From NCBI GenBank assembly GCA_902585315.1, contig CACIDC010000001.1:102520-166519 (forward strand): 64,000 nt of DNA, given 5' to 3'. Positions within the stretch are counted from its first letter, which is position 1; each line of letters starts with the position of its first letter. This document shows, one piece after another, positions 1 to 8,946 of this stretch. The DNA is from an uncultured SAR86 cluster bacterium. Its GTDB lineage: Bacteria; Pseudomonadota; Gammaproteobacteria; Magnimaribacterales; TMED112. Both the position numbers and the translations under genes were made by a program. A model generated the notes under the pieces. It had not been told where the DNA came from, made no database searches, and saw nothing but the letters and a program-made list of their open reading frames with translations.

Positions 1-45
1 AGTTTGATGTAAGATTAGATAAAGTTATCACTGATAAAAAAGTTT

Positions 46-705
46 ATGTCTGAAAAATATAACGCAGCACTTGGGGCTTATGAATTAATTACAAAAGAAG
101 AAGGCCCTCTTGTTTTAGGCATAGGTACTGGAAGCACGACTGATTATTTTACTAAAAACTTTTTACCAAATTTAAGCAATAAATTGAAATGCGTTTATTC
201 AAGTTCTGATAGGACGACTAGCTTATTAAATGATTTAGGTTTTATGGTAAAGGATTATGATCAAAACGCTGTTATAGATATTTATGTTGATGGAGCCGAT
301 GAAGTTGATAAAAATCTTAATTTAATAAAAGGTGGTGGTGGCGCGCACACTAATGAGAAAAGGCTTGCCAAAATAGCAAATCAGTTTATTTGTGTTGTGG
401 ATGAATCTAAAATCGTTGAAACTCTAGGAAACTTTCCACTACCCGTTGAAATACGTACCTCACATAAAGAAGAAGTACTTCTGGAACTCAAAAAATATTC
501 AGAAAACATCACTGTTAGAGACTGCCTGAGTGATAACAAAAATTATATTTTTGATATTCATAATTTTAAAATAGCAGAACCACAAAAAACTGAGAAGGAT
601 ATGCTTACAATCAATGGGGTAATAGATGTTGGTTTATTTTCTGAGAACAAACCACAAATTGTTATAGTCGGTAACGAATCTTCTTATAGATTAATTGAGT
701 CTTGA
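46..705 (+). CDS. rpiA: ribose-5-phosphate isomerase A
   Basis: 219 aa. Motifs GIGTGST, VDGADEVD and KGGGGAHTNEK are typical of RpiA. Confidence 0.9.
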   Translation: MSEKYNAALGAYELITKEEGPLVLGIGTGSTTDYFTKNFLPNLSNKLKCVYSSSDRTTSLLNDLGFMVKDYDQNAVIDIYVDGADEVDKNLNLIKGGGGAHTNEKRLAKIANQFICVVDESKIVETLGNFPLPVEIRTSHKEEVLLELKKYSENITVRDCLSDNKNYIFDIHNFKIAEPQKTEKDMLTINGVIDVGLFSENKPQIVIVGNESSYRLIES

Positions 706-1211
706 ATGGCTGAAACAATCAATTGATCTTCGGGATCAATCCTATGAGAAAAACTTTTTATGTTTCCGTTTGGAGAAATTAAAAATTTATGGAAATTCCA
801 TGACGGTCTTTCACTAGTAAGTTCATAGAGTTTTTTGTAAAAAGGATGACTTGTCGAACTTTTTACGTTGGCAATTGAAAATAATGGAAAAGTGACATCA
901 AAAGTTGATTTGCAAAATTCACTTACTTTTTCCTCGTCACTAAATTCTTGGCCCATGAAATTTCTTGAGGGAAAGCCCAGTACTGTAAACTTCTCATCTC
1001 TAAATTTACGCTGCAAAGACTCAAGTTGTTCATATTGATATGTAAAACCGCATTTGCTGGCTGTGTTGACCACAAGAATTGTGTGATCTTCATATTCGCA
1101 CAAATTCTTGAACTCTTTTTCATTTAAAATTTTTACTTCTGTGTCCAACAAATCACTACAAGGAAAAGCGTAGAGACCAAAAAATAGAAAGATAGAGAAT
1201 AATTTTTTCAT
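684..1211 (-). CDS. glutathione peroxidase (Cys-type), with a signal-peptide-like N-terminus
   Basis: NTASKCGFT...LGFPSRNFMGQEF is the GPx signature. I chose the start at MKKLFSIFLFF (ATG at 1211) rather than the track start at 1265. The 3' end overlaps rpiA by 22 nt in convergent orientation. Confidence 0.85.
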   Translation of the reverse strand: MKKLFSIFLFFGLYAFPCSDLLDTEVKILNEKEFKNLCEYEDHTILVVNTASKCGFTYQYEQLESLQRKFRDEKFTVLGFPSRNFMGQEFSDEEKVSEFCKSTFDVTFPLFSIANVKSSTSHPFYKKLYELTSERPSWNFHKFLISPNGNIKSFSHRIDPEDQLIVSAIQDSINL

Positions 1212-1230
1212 ATTTATAAAAAGATATATT

Positions 1231-1314
1231 TTAGACCGAAGAGATGCCAAGTAAAAGCACAGCAAATATTGTGAAAAGAATGATTAATTCAATGTTATCT
1301 GCAATTTTTTCCAT
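1231..1314 (-). CDS. hypothetical 27-aa hydrophobic micro-ORF (MEKIADNIELIILFTIFAVLLLGISSV)
   Basis: Read by hand. ATG preceded by GAGAG 4 nt upstream. One predicted TM segment. Ends 19 nt before the peroxidase ATG. No homology recognised. Confidence 0.25.
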   Translation of the reverse strand: MEKIADNIELIILFTIFAVLLLGISSV

Positions 1315-1323
1315 AATACTCTC

Positions 1324-1382
1324 AAAAATGCTTGGGGCCGAAGCCCCTAGCATGTCAGTCATGGGGGAGAGGAGAGACTGAC
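1324..1382 (-). other. GC-rich double stem-loop, either an intrinsic terminator of the upstream L,D-transpeptidase gene or a 5' leader of the micro-ORF/peroxidase transcript
   Basis: Hairpin 1: GTCAGTC (1354-1360) pairs with GACTGAC (1376-1382), with a 15-nt loop. Hairpin 2: GGGGC-CGAA-GCCCC (1334-1347). On the minus strand hairpin 2 is followed by AAGCAUUUUU. Confidence 0.4.
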
Positions 1383-1462
1383 TAATATATATATATTAAA
1401 TATTTATTTTATAATATCAATAGTTTTTATAAATAAGTATTAGTTATTTATTAAAATAAGCA

Positions 1463-1990
1463 TTATTTATTAATTAGAACGGTTTCTCCGCCTTCAAGCA
1501 GATCAAATAGCTCTATTACATCGGTGTTTGACATTCTTATACAGCCTTTTGAAGCTTTCTCGCCAAGCAACCATTCTTCTGGAGTGCCATGAATATAAAT
1601 ATATCTATCAAAAGAATCTACACCAGGTCCTTTATTCTCACCTTCTTCCATTCCAGAAAGCCAGATTATTCTTGATTGAACCACGTCATCAGCAACATAG
1701 ATTTTTTCAGTGCTATATATAGGAAATATTTCACTTGGTATTCGTCCGGTAAATCTCATACCAATTTTTTCATCATGCCCTATAAGTTTCTTTACTTCGT
1801 GTTTTCCTAAAGGGGTTTTAAATGATCCTAGTTCAGATCCTTCACCATATTTAGATGATGAAATTTTATATGTCTTTGTAATTGCTCCAAGTTCAAATAG
1901 GTAAAGTTCTTGTTTTGAGATGGAAATATGTATTTCTTTTGATGAAAGGGACATCATAATTAACATTATAAGGAAAAATTTATTTTTCAT
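1463..1990 (-). CDS. L,D-transpeptidase (YkuD domain) family protein
   Basis: C-terminal HGTPEEWLLGEKASKGCIRMSN matches the YkuD catalytic His...Cys motif. Start chosen at MKNKFFLIML (signal peptide). Confidence 0.8.
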   Translation of the reverse strand: MKNKFFLIMLIMMSLSSKEIHISISKQELYLFELGAITKTYKISSSKYGEGSELGSFKTPLGKHEVKKLIGHDEKIGMRFTGRIPSEIFPIYSTEKIYVADDVVQSRIIWLSGMEEGENKGPGVDSFDRYIYIHGTPEEWLLGEKASKGCIRMSNTDVIELFDLLEGGETVLINK

Positions 1991-3197
1991 ATTTTCTAAA
2001 AAATATACCAAACATTAAGGACAAAACAGAAATAATCAATAGAGGCGTATCTCCGTGTTTAATGTAGAATGTATCCTGGGAATTTAGTGTTATTTCATGA
2101 GTTATGCTTCCCATTTCTCCCCTTTCTAATATTACAGAAGATTCATTTGATCTTGGGCTTATGATTTGTGAAATTCCGTCAAGAGTAGCTCTCACTACCC
2201 ATTTATTTGATTCTACAGCCCTAGCTTTAGCATGTTTTAGATGTTGTGCTGGCATTGAGCTCCCATACCATTTGTCATTGCTCATGTGGACAATATATTT
2301 TGTGCCTCTCACTCTCCTAGTAAAGGTTTCATTAAAAACAAGCTCCCAACAAATTAATGCTGACCAATCAGCTTTTGTTTGATAAAAGCTCCCGCGACTT
2401 AATGATGAGTTTGGTATGTTAAAGAAGTTATTAATACTTTTTAATAAAGACCCAAAGGGCTGAAACTCACCAAACGGTACAAGGTTTCTCTTATCATAGT
2501 GGTGGCCGGTTTTAAGATTTATTGCAGAAGTGTAAACATTTGTATTTTCTTGTCTAAAAAAGCCACCTATCACGACTTTTTTGGGCACTAATTTCGAGAC
2601 AGTTTTGTCAAACTTAGTGACAGCTTCTGGCCAAATGACTAGATCACTTTCAGCTTCATTTGTCATGTTTATAATTCTCTCCATGTTAGTCGTAAGTGGT
2701 TGAATAACCGTGATTTTCAATTTTTCATCTCCACCTTCTTGATAATGCCCAGGACCAATCAATAAAACAGCTAGAATTAAACTTGCTGTTATCCGACTAA
2801 TAATTACTTTATTTTTTTCTAGCAATAGAGCTATTATCAAAATAATTAAGAAAGATGTGCCAGATATTCCAACGACAGGTAGCAACCCCCACAAACTCTC
2901 TGATAAAATTCCAAGATTTAGCCAAGGAAAGCCAGAAATTACCCAAGATTTAAACCACTCAAGCAAAAAAAAGACACTTGGGATTATAAGAACTCTGTAT
3001 TTATGGTCTCTAAAAAATTTAATAGCAACTAAAAAAATTCCAAAATAAATTGAAACATAAGCTATCAATAAAACTGTGATGAAACCACTTAGTGCATCAC
3101 CAGCACCATAATAGTCTACTGCATCGAAAATCCAAGTAATGGAATATGCCCAGAAAGCAAAAGCAATAAGCCAGCCAATTAGAAAATATTTAATCAA
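1980..3197 (-). CDS. lnt: apolipoprotein N-acyltransferase, N-terminally short form
   Basis: 405 aa. Several TM helices followed by a CN-hydrolase domain (VIWPEAV, LICWELVF). Conserved position after corC. Confidence 0.8.
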   Translation of the reverse strand: MIKYFLIGWLIAFAFWAYSITWIFDAVDYYGAGDALSGFITVLLIAYVSIYFGIFLVAIKFFRDHKYRVLIIPSVFFLLEWFKSWVISGFPWLNLGILSESLWGLLPVVGISGTSFLIILIIALLLEKNKVIISRITASLILAVLLIGPGHYQEGGDEKLKITVIQPLTTNMERIINMTNEAESDLVIWPEAVTKFDKTVSKLVPKKVVIGGFFRQENTNVYTSAINLKTGHHYDKRNLVPFGEFQPFGSLLKSINNFFNIPNSSLSRGSFYQTKADWSALICWELVFNETFTRRVRGTKYIVHMSNDKWYGSSMPAQHLKHAKARAVESNKWVVRATLDGISQIISPRSNESSVILERGEMGSITHEITLNSQDTFYIKHGDTPLLIISVLSLMFGIFFRKYEK

Positions 3198-3981
3198 CTC
3201 TTCGAACCGTAATTTTCTTTATTTTTCTCTGGTCAGCTGAAGTGACTATCATTTCTAAAGAATCAACTTGGATTTTTTCCCCAACTTTAGGTAAATGGCC
3301 AATTTCTTTAAGTACAAATCCTCCTAATGTTTCAACGTCAGGACAATTTAACTGGAATGAGAAAAACTCCTCAAATTTTTCTTTTTCAATTGTAGAGGAG
3401 ACAATAAATTCTTTGTCATTAATCTTAATAATCTCATTATTTTTTTCCTCATAAAACTCATCTTCAATTTCTCCTACTATTTCTTCAAGAATATCTTCAA
3501 TGGTTATCAATCCTGATATAACTCCATATTCATCTAATACTATCGCAAGGTGAGCCTTGTCTTTTTTAAAATCCTCAAGAAGGGAGGTTACAGATTGTGA
3601 TTCAGGCACATGTTTAGCTTCTCTTAAAATTGTATTTAGATTAAATTTATCTTCTGCAGATCCAAGCATATCTTTTACATGAAGAATTCCATTGACTTTA
3701 TCTTTGTCAGAATTAAATACAGGATAGCGTGAATGTTTTGTATCATTCACTACTGAATAAACATCTTCCAGACTATCCGATTCTGTTAAAAAAGAAATAT
3801 TGACTTTTGGTATCATTATTTCTTTAACAATTGAGTCTTTAATATTTAAAACATTTTCAATTAGCTCTTCAATTCTCTCGTCTTCGGGCTCAGTGTTTTT
3901 TAAAACCTCTTCAGATTTTTTGCTTAAACTAAATAAATTTTTTAATTTTAAAAAAAACGATTGCGATGGTTCGTCAGTCAT
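3190..3981 (-). CDS. corC: CorC/YbeX-type Mg/Co efflux-associated protein (CBS pair plus CorC_HlyC domain)
   Basis: 263 aa with CBS-domain-like repeats. Lies in the conserved ybeZ-ybeY-corC-lnt order. Confidence 0.85.
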   Translation of the reverse strand: MTDEPSQSFFLKLKNLFSLSKKSEEVLKNTEPEDERIEELIENVLNIKDSIVKEIMIPKVNISFLTESDSLEDVYSVVNDTKHSRYPVFNSDKDKVNGILHVKDMLGSAEDKFNLNTILREAKHVPESQSVTSLLEDFKKDKAHLAIVLDEYGVISGLITIEDILEEIVGEIEDEFYEEKNNEIIKINDKEFIVSSTIEKEKFEEFFSFQLNCPDVETLGGFVLKEIGHLPKVGEKIQVDSLEMIVTSADQRKIKKITVRRVD

Positions 3982-4457
3982 TATTTATAAGGGTCTTTTA
4001 CTCCAATTTTTGATAAAAATTCTATTTCTTTACTTTCCATTAATATAGCATCATTTTTATCTTCATGCGCATAACCTAAGATGTGTAACATAGAGTGAAT
4101 TACTAAATGAATAAAATGATCAAAGATTTTTTTTTCTTGATTAAATGCTTCTTTTTCAAGGACTTTTTGGCAAATCATTAATTCTCCAATACATTCATTC
4201 GATATATTTTTTTGCTCCTTATCTGGAAAAGACAATACATTTGTTGAGTTGTTCTTGCCCCTAAATTCTTTATTAAGTTTTGTTATTTCATTTTCTGTAC
4301 AAAAACTAATATCTACCTCTAACTTTGAAACAGAAAAGAAAGCTAAAAACTTATTTATTACATTTTCAATTTTTTCAGAGTGTTTAGTTACATACTCAGG
4401 CTCTTCAAAAAATTGAATTTTATAATCTTTACTCGAAATTATCATAGGCCTCAACAA
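3981..4457 (-). CDS. ybeY: rRNA maturation endoribonuclease YbeY
   Basis: HLVIHSMLHILGYAHED metal-binding motif. NVLSFP motif. An alternative start at Met5 (4445) is possible. Confidence 0.85.
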   Translation of the reverse strand: MLRPMIISSKDYKIQFFEEPEYVTKHSEKIENVINKFLAFFSVSKLEVDISFCTENEITKLNKEFRGKNNSTNVLSFPDKEQKNISNECIGELMICQKVLEKEAFNQEKKIFDHFIHLVIHSMLHILGYAHEDKNDAILMESKEIEFLSKIGVKDPYK

Positions 4458-5373
4458 TTTCCTGTACTAAGGAATGTCTAACTACATCTCGCGCAGAAAA
4501 TTTTGTGAATTTTATAGATTCAACGTCTTTAAGGACTTCGATAGCGTGTTTAAGCCCTGAAACTGTGCTTTTTGGTAAATCTATCTGACTTAAATCTCCA
4601 TTTACAACTGCTTTTGATCCAAAACCTAATCTTGTAAGGAACATTTTCATTTGTTCTATAGTCGTATTTTGCCCTTCGTCCATAATAATAAAGGCTTCTC
4701 TTAAAGTTCTTCCTCGCATATAAGCCAGAGGTGCAATCTCTATTATGTCTCTCTCAACTAATCTATTCACCCTTTCAGCTCCAAGCATGTCGTGTAATGC
4801 ATCATAGAGAGGTCTTAAATATGGGTCAATTTTCGAACTTAGATCACCTGGAAGAAAACCTAGTTTTTCACCTGCTTCAACTGCCGGTCTTACAAGAACA
4901 ATTTTTCTTATTTTTTCTTTAATCAAATCATCTACAGCTCTGGCTACAGCAAGAAAGGTTTTACCTGTACCAGATGGCCCTACACCAAAAGTCAAATCAG
5001 CGCATGCAATATTTGTTAAATATTCTTTTTGATTTTTGCCTCGAGCAGTTACAGAGGCTCTTGGTGTTTTGATGTGAACTTCTTTAGAGTCTGCTTTCTC
5101 AGCATCCGAAAATTTAGCAGTATGCAAGCTGAGGTGAATAAGATCTGGAGTAATAACAGAATTTGTCTCCAACTTTTGTTTCAAATCAAATAAAGCTGAT
5201 ACACCCATTTCTACGTCATCTTGATTTCCTGAGATATTAAATTCAGTCCCATTCTGGATTACTTTAATCTTTAACGCTTTTTCTATTTGCTTAAGATTTT
5301 TATTGAGCTCTCCGCATAGCAACATCAGTTGCTCTGGTGGTAGATTAGAAAAATTTAATTGGTGGCTATACAA
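4429..5373 (-). CDS. ybeZ: PhoH-like ATPase
   Basis: Walker A GPSGTGKTFLAV. Whole-length PhoH family similarity. Conserved position after miaB. Confidence 0.9.
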   Translation of the reverse strand: MYSHQLNFSNLPPEQLMLLCGELNKNLKQIEKALKIKVIQNGTEFNISGNQDDVEMGVSALFDLKQKLETNSVITPDLIHLSLHTAKFSDAEKADSKEVHIKTPRASVTARGKNQKEYLTNIACADLTFGVGPSGTGKTFLAVARAVDDLIKEKIRKIVLVRPAVEAGEKLGFLPGDLSSKIDPYLRPLYDALHDMLGAERVNRLVERDIIEIAPLAYMRGRTLREAFIIMDEGQNTTIEQMKMFLTRLGFGSKAVVNGDLSQIDLPKSTVSGLKHAIEVLKDVESIKFTKFSARDVVRHSLVQEIVEAYDNFE

Positions 5374-5378
5374 GATTT

Positions 5379-6704
5379 TTAATTTTGAATTGATCCTCTA
5401 AGACAATTTGGTAGTGCATCGTTAATTCGAATATTAATCAATTGTCCAACTAAATCAATACTATCTGATCTAAAATTTACCACTCTGTCACATATTGTTC
5501 GGCCTTGAAGTTGGCCTGGATCTTTTTTTGAAATTCCTGTCACCAAACATTTTTGGACTGACCCAACCATTTTTCGACTATAGCCATATGACAATTGGTT
5601 TAATCTAGCTTGCAAAATATTGAGACGTTCCTTTTTCTCTTCTTGTGATACATCATCTTCCATTTTCGCAGCTGGAGTATCAGGTCTAGCGCTATAGATA
5701 AAACTATAAGATTCATCAAACTTTACTTCATTTATTATATTCATAGTATCAGTGAAGTCTTGTTTTGTTTCTCCTGGAAAACCGACTATAAAATCTGAAG
5801 AAAACCTCATATCTGGCCTAACTTTTTTAAGTTTATCGATCAATATTAAATATTTTTCAGCTGTATATCTTCGTCGCATCAATTTAAGAATTCTGTCTGA
5901 TCCACTTTGAACTGGTAAATGAACATGGCTCACCAATTCTGGAACTTTTGCATAAGTCTCTACAAGATCATCTTTGAATTCATGTGGGTGGCTAGTTGTA
6001 AATCTTATCCTTTCAATATTTTCAATTTCTGCAGTTAGCTCTATCAGCTTTGCTAAGGAAGACTTTTCTCCTTTGTACAAACCTTTAAAATTATTGACGT
6101 TTTGGCCTAAAAAGTGAATTTCTTTTGTCCCCTTTTCTGAAAGAATTGAAACTTCTCTCAAAATATCCTCAACGTTTCTAGATACTTCATGTCCCCTTGT
6201 TTTTGGTACTACACAGAATGAACAATATTTATTACATCCCTCAACAATTGATACGAATGCTGATGCTTCCCCTCTATCTGGCATCGGAATATGATCAAAT
6301 TTTTCAAGTTTAGGAAAGGAGATATCAACTTGTGGTTTTTTTGTTAAATTTTCATCTTTGTAAAGCTTAGGTAGATTGTGTAAAGACTGCGGACCAAATA
6401 CTATATCAACAGACGGTGCTCTTTTTATAATTTTCTCGCCTTCTTGAGAAGCGACACAACCACCAATAGCAATTTTTAAGTCCGGCTTTACTTCCTTAAT
6501 TTTTCTCCAACGGCCAATTTGATGGAATACTCTTTCTTGAGCTTTTTCACGTATCGAACAGGTATTTAAAATTAATAAATCAGCCTGATCTTCTGAATCT
6601 ACTAACTCAAAATCTTCTTCAGCCTTAAGCAAGTCAATCATCTTTGCAGAATCATATTCGTTCATCTGACAACCATGTGTTTTTACAAATAATTTTTTGG
6701 ACAT
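5379..6704 (-). CDS. miaB: tRNA-2-methylthio-N6-dimethylallyladenosine synthase
   Basis: 441 aa. [11 protein letters not shown]-terminus. Radical-SAM [16 protein letters not shown]-terminus. Confidence 0.92.
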   Translation of the reverse strand: MSKKLFVKTHGCQMNEYDSAKMIDLLKAEEDFELVDSEDQADLLILNTCSIREKAQERVFHQIGRWRKIKEVKPDLKIAIGGCVASQEGEKIIKRAPSVDIVFGPQSLHNLPKLYKDENLTKKPQVDISFPKLEKFDHIPMPDRGEASAFVSIVEGCNKYCSFCVVPKTRGHEVSRNVEDILREVSILSEKGTKEIHFLGQNVNNFKGLYKGEKSSLAKLIELTAEIENIERIRFTTSHPHEFKDDLVETYAKVPELVSHVHLPVQSGSDRILKLMRRRYTAEKYLILIDKLKKVRPDMRFSSDFIVGFPGETKQDFTDTMNIINEVKFDESYSFIYSARPDTPAAKMEDDVSQEEKKERLNILQARLNQLSYGYSRKMVGSVQKCLVTGISKKDPGQLQGRTICDRVVNFRSDSIDLVGQLINIRINDALPNCLRGSIQN

Positions 6705-6794
6705 TTTGTTATTATATTCTCCTGATTCAAATTTAAGATAAAAATCTTACATCAACTTCATAAAGTTGTAACAAAACAATTTTAAAATACCAGT

Positions 6795-8384
6795 TTGAAT
6801 AGAAGAAATTTTCTAAAAATACTCGCATTTTTAACTTTTTTTTTAAGTTTCAATTTATTTTCTAAAACAAAAAGAATAGTTAGGTTTAAACATGGAGTTG
6901 CAAGTGGCGACCCTACACCTGACGATGTAATTTTATGGACTAAAGTAACATCCAATTCTAAAAGTAGTATTCTAGTATTTTATGAAGTATCAAATACCAT
7001 TGATTTTAAAAATATAATTGCATCTGGGAAACAATACACTACCGTAGGGAGGGATTTTACAGTAAAAGTAGATGCAAGAATTCCCAATAAATTTGCAGGT
7101 CAAAAAGTTTTTTATCGTTTTGCTGCTGAAGGAGTTTATTCACAAATTGGAACAACTTTTACTTTACCTGAAGATGTTGAGAATTTTAAACTTGCTGTTT
7201 TCAGTTGCTCTAATTATCCTGCTGGTTATTTCAATGCATACAATTCTGCTTCAAAAGATAAGTCTATTGATATGGCTATTCATTTAGGTGACTATTTATA
7301 CGAATATAAACAAGGTGAATATGCGACAGAGAATTCGATCAGCCTTAATAGGCAGCCAATTCCAAATAAAGAAATAATAACGCTTAGTGACTACCGCCAA
7401 AGACATGCACAATATAAATCAGATATGGATTTACAGAAATTACACTCTACCATGCCTGTATTATGTGCATGGGATGATCATGAGATCACCAACGATGCTT
7501 GGAAAAATAATGCAGAAAATCATCAATTAAATGAAGGATCTTTCAGCCAGAGAAAAAGAAATGCTATTAAAGCTTATTATGAGTGGATGCCTGTTCGAGA
7601 GCCAAAAATCTCTTTCAATAATTGGAAAAGGTACAAAATTGGGAAGCTAATTGACTTGAAGTTACTCGAAACGCGTATTTCTTCAAGATCTAAACAAGTT
7701 AACCTAAATGACTACATTAAAGATGGTAAAAATTTTCAAAAAGAAGCTTTTTTAAAAGAATTAAACAATAAGAAAAGAAGCTTGATAGGAAAGAAGCAAT
7801 TAGATTTTATAAAAGAAAATGATCTTGACGATCAAACCTGGAATCTATATGCACAGCAAGTATTATTAGCAACTTTAAAGCTGCCAACTATACCTGATTA
7901 TATTATTGATGCACTTCCAGACTATCAGAGCTATTACAAAACAGTCATAAAGGAAGACCTGCCTTATAACCTTGATGCCTGGGATGGATATCCTGCGGAA
8001 AGAAAACGGTTTTTAAATACAGTTCGATCTATTTCAAATAAAAATATCTTTATTGCAGGAGATACACATAACTGTTGGGCAAATAACATCAATGAAGGTG
8101 AAAATTTTATTGGTGCTGAGCTTGGCACTCCCTCTGTTACATCCCCTGGAGCATCTGAAAATTTCAATGGATTAATTCCCAATAAAATCCTGGAAAATTC
8201 AATGTTGATAAAAAATAAAAATTTAAAATGGACAAATCTAGTTGATCGCGGGTATCTCACAATAGATTTCACAAAAGATATTGCTACAGCAGAATTCATT
8301 GCTATTGATAATATCCTTTCAAAAAACTATGAGACAAAAGTATTGAAAAGAATTGAAATTTCTCCTGGCGAGCAGCTTACTTAA
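6795..8384 (+). CDS. phoD: alkaline phosphatase D family protein with a Tat-type signal (RRNFLK)
   Basis: 529 aa. TTG start. The twin-arginine motif MNRRNFLK. HLGDYLYEY and WDDHE metallophosphatase motifs. Confidence 0.85.
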   Translation: MNRRNFLKILAFLTFFLSFNLFSKTKRIVRFKHGVASGDPTPDDVILWTKVTSNSKSSILVFYEVSNTIDFKNIIASGKQYTTVGRDFTVKVDARIPNKFAGQKVFYRFAAEGVYSQIGTTFTLPEDVENFKLAVFSCSNYPAGYFNAYNSASKDKSIDMAIHLGDYLYEYKQGEYATENSISLNRQPIPNKEIITLSDYRQRHAQYKSDMDLQKLHSTMPVLCAWDDHEITNDAWKNNAENHQLNEGSFSQRKRNAIKAYYEWMPVREPKISFNNWKRYKIGKLIDLKLLETRISSRSKQVNLNDYIKDGKNFQKEAFLKELNNKKRSLIGKKQLDFIKENDLDDQTWNLYAQQVLLATLKLPTIPDYIIDALPDYQSYYKTVIKEDLPYNLDAWDGYPAERKRFLNTVRSISNKNIFIAGDTHNCWANNINEGENFIGAELGTPSVTSPGASENFNGLIPNKILENSMLIKNKNLKWTNLVDRGYLTIDFTKDIATAEFIAIDNILSKNYETKVLKRIEISPGEQLT

Positions 8385-8913
8385 AAAAATTTTCTCGGTA
8401 GAACTTAAGCTCATTAATAGAATCTTTGATGTCGTCCATAGCTCTATGAGATGAAGCTTTTTTAAATTCATTGGCTTCTGGATACCATCTCTTTATGACT
8501 TCTTTAAATGAACTTACATCAATATGTCTATAATGAAAATGATTAGCTAATTTAGGCATATGCTTAATTAAAAATCTTCTATCGTGTGAAACACTACTAC
8601 CACAAAGCGGGGATTTGTGTTGCTTTATATGTGATCGAAAAAATTTTAAACACAGCTCTTCAGCTTCTTTTATTGATATATCGCTAGATTTTATTTTTTC
8701 TACAAGACCGGATGAGGTGTGTTGCTTTACGTTCCATTCATTCATCAGTGAAAGGATATCTTCATCTTGAAAAATTGCTAATTCTGGTCCTTCGGCAACT
8801 ATATTTAAATTTGAGTCTGTGACTAGGCATGCAATTTCAATAATATGATGCTTTTCAGGGTCAAGCCCCGTCATTTCAAGGTCTATCCACGCTAGTAAAT
8901 TTGAATTAGTCAT
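8377..8913 (-). CDS. orn: oligoribonuclease
   Basis: 178 aa. WIDLEMTGLDPEKHHIIEIA DEDDh exonuclease motif. Confidence 0.9.
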   Translation of the reverse strand: MTNSNLLAWIDLEMTGLDPEKHHIIEIACLVTDSNLNIVAEGPELAIFQDEDILSLMNEWNVKQHTSSGLVEKIKSSDISIKEAEELCLKFFRSHIKQHKSPLCGSSVSHDRRFLIKHMPKLANHFHYRHIDVSSFKEVIKRWYPEANEFKKASSHRAMDDIKDSINELKFYRENFFK

Positions 8914-8946
8914 TTATACTTTTTGTTCTCAACACAATAATACTAT

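Noticed and set aside
4-16. A 13-nt inverted match, TTGATGTAAGATT at 4-16 against AATCTTACATCAA at 6743-6755. Both copies are in promoter-like spacers, upstream of rpiA and phoD.
   Set aside because: Many 13-mer matches are expected by chance in 64 kb read on both strands, more so at this base composition. There is no extended similarity.
1385-1396. An (AT)6 microsatellite within an 80-bp stretch that is almost pure A+T (1383-1462).
   Set aside because: This is low-complexity AT-rich spacer typical of this genome. There is no evidence of function beyond possibly hosting a promoter, which is discussed in the hairpin finding.
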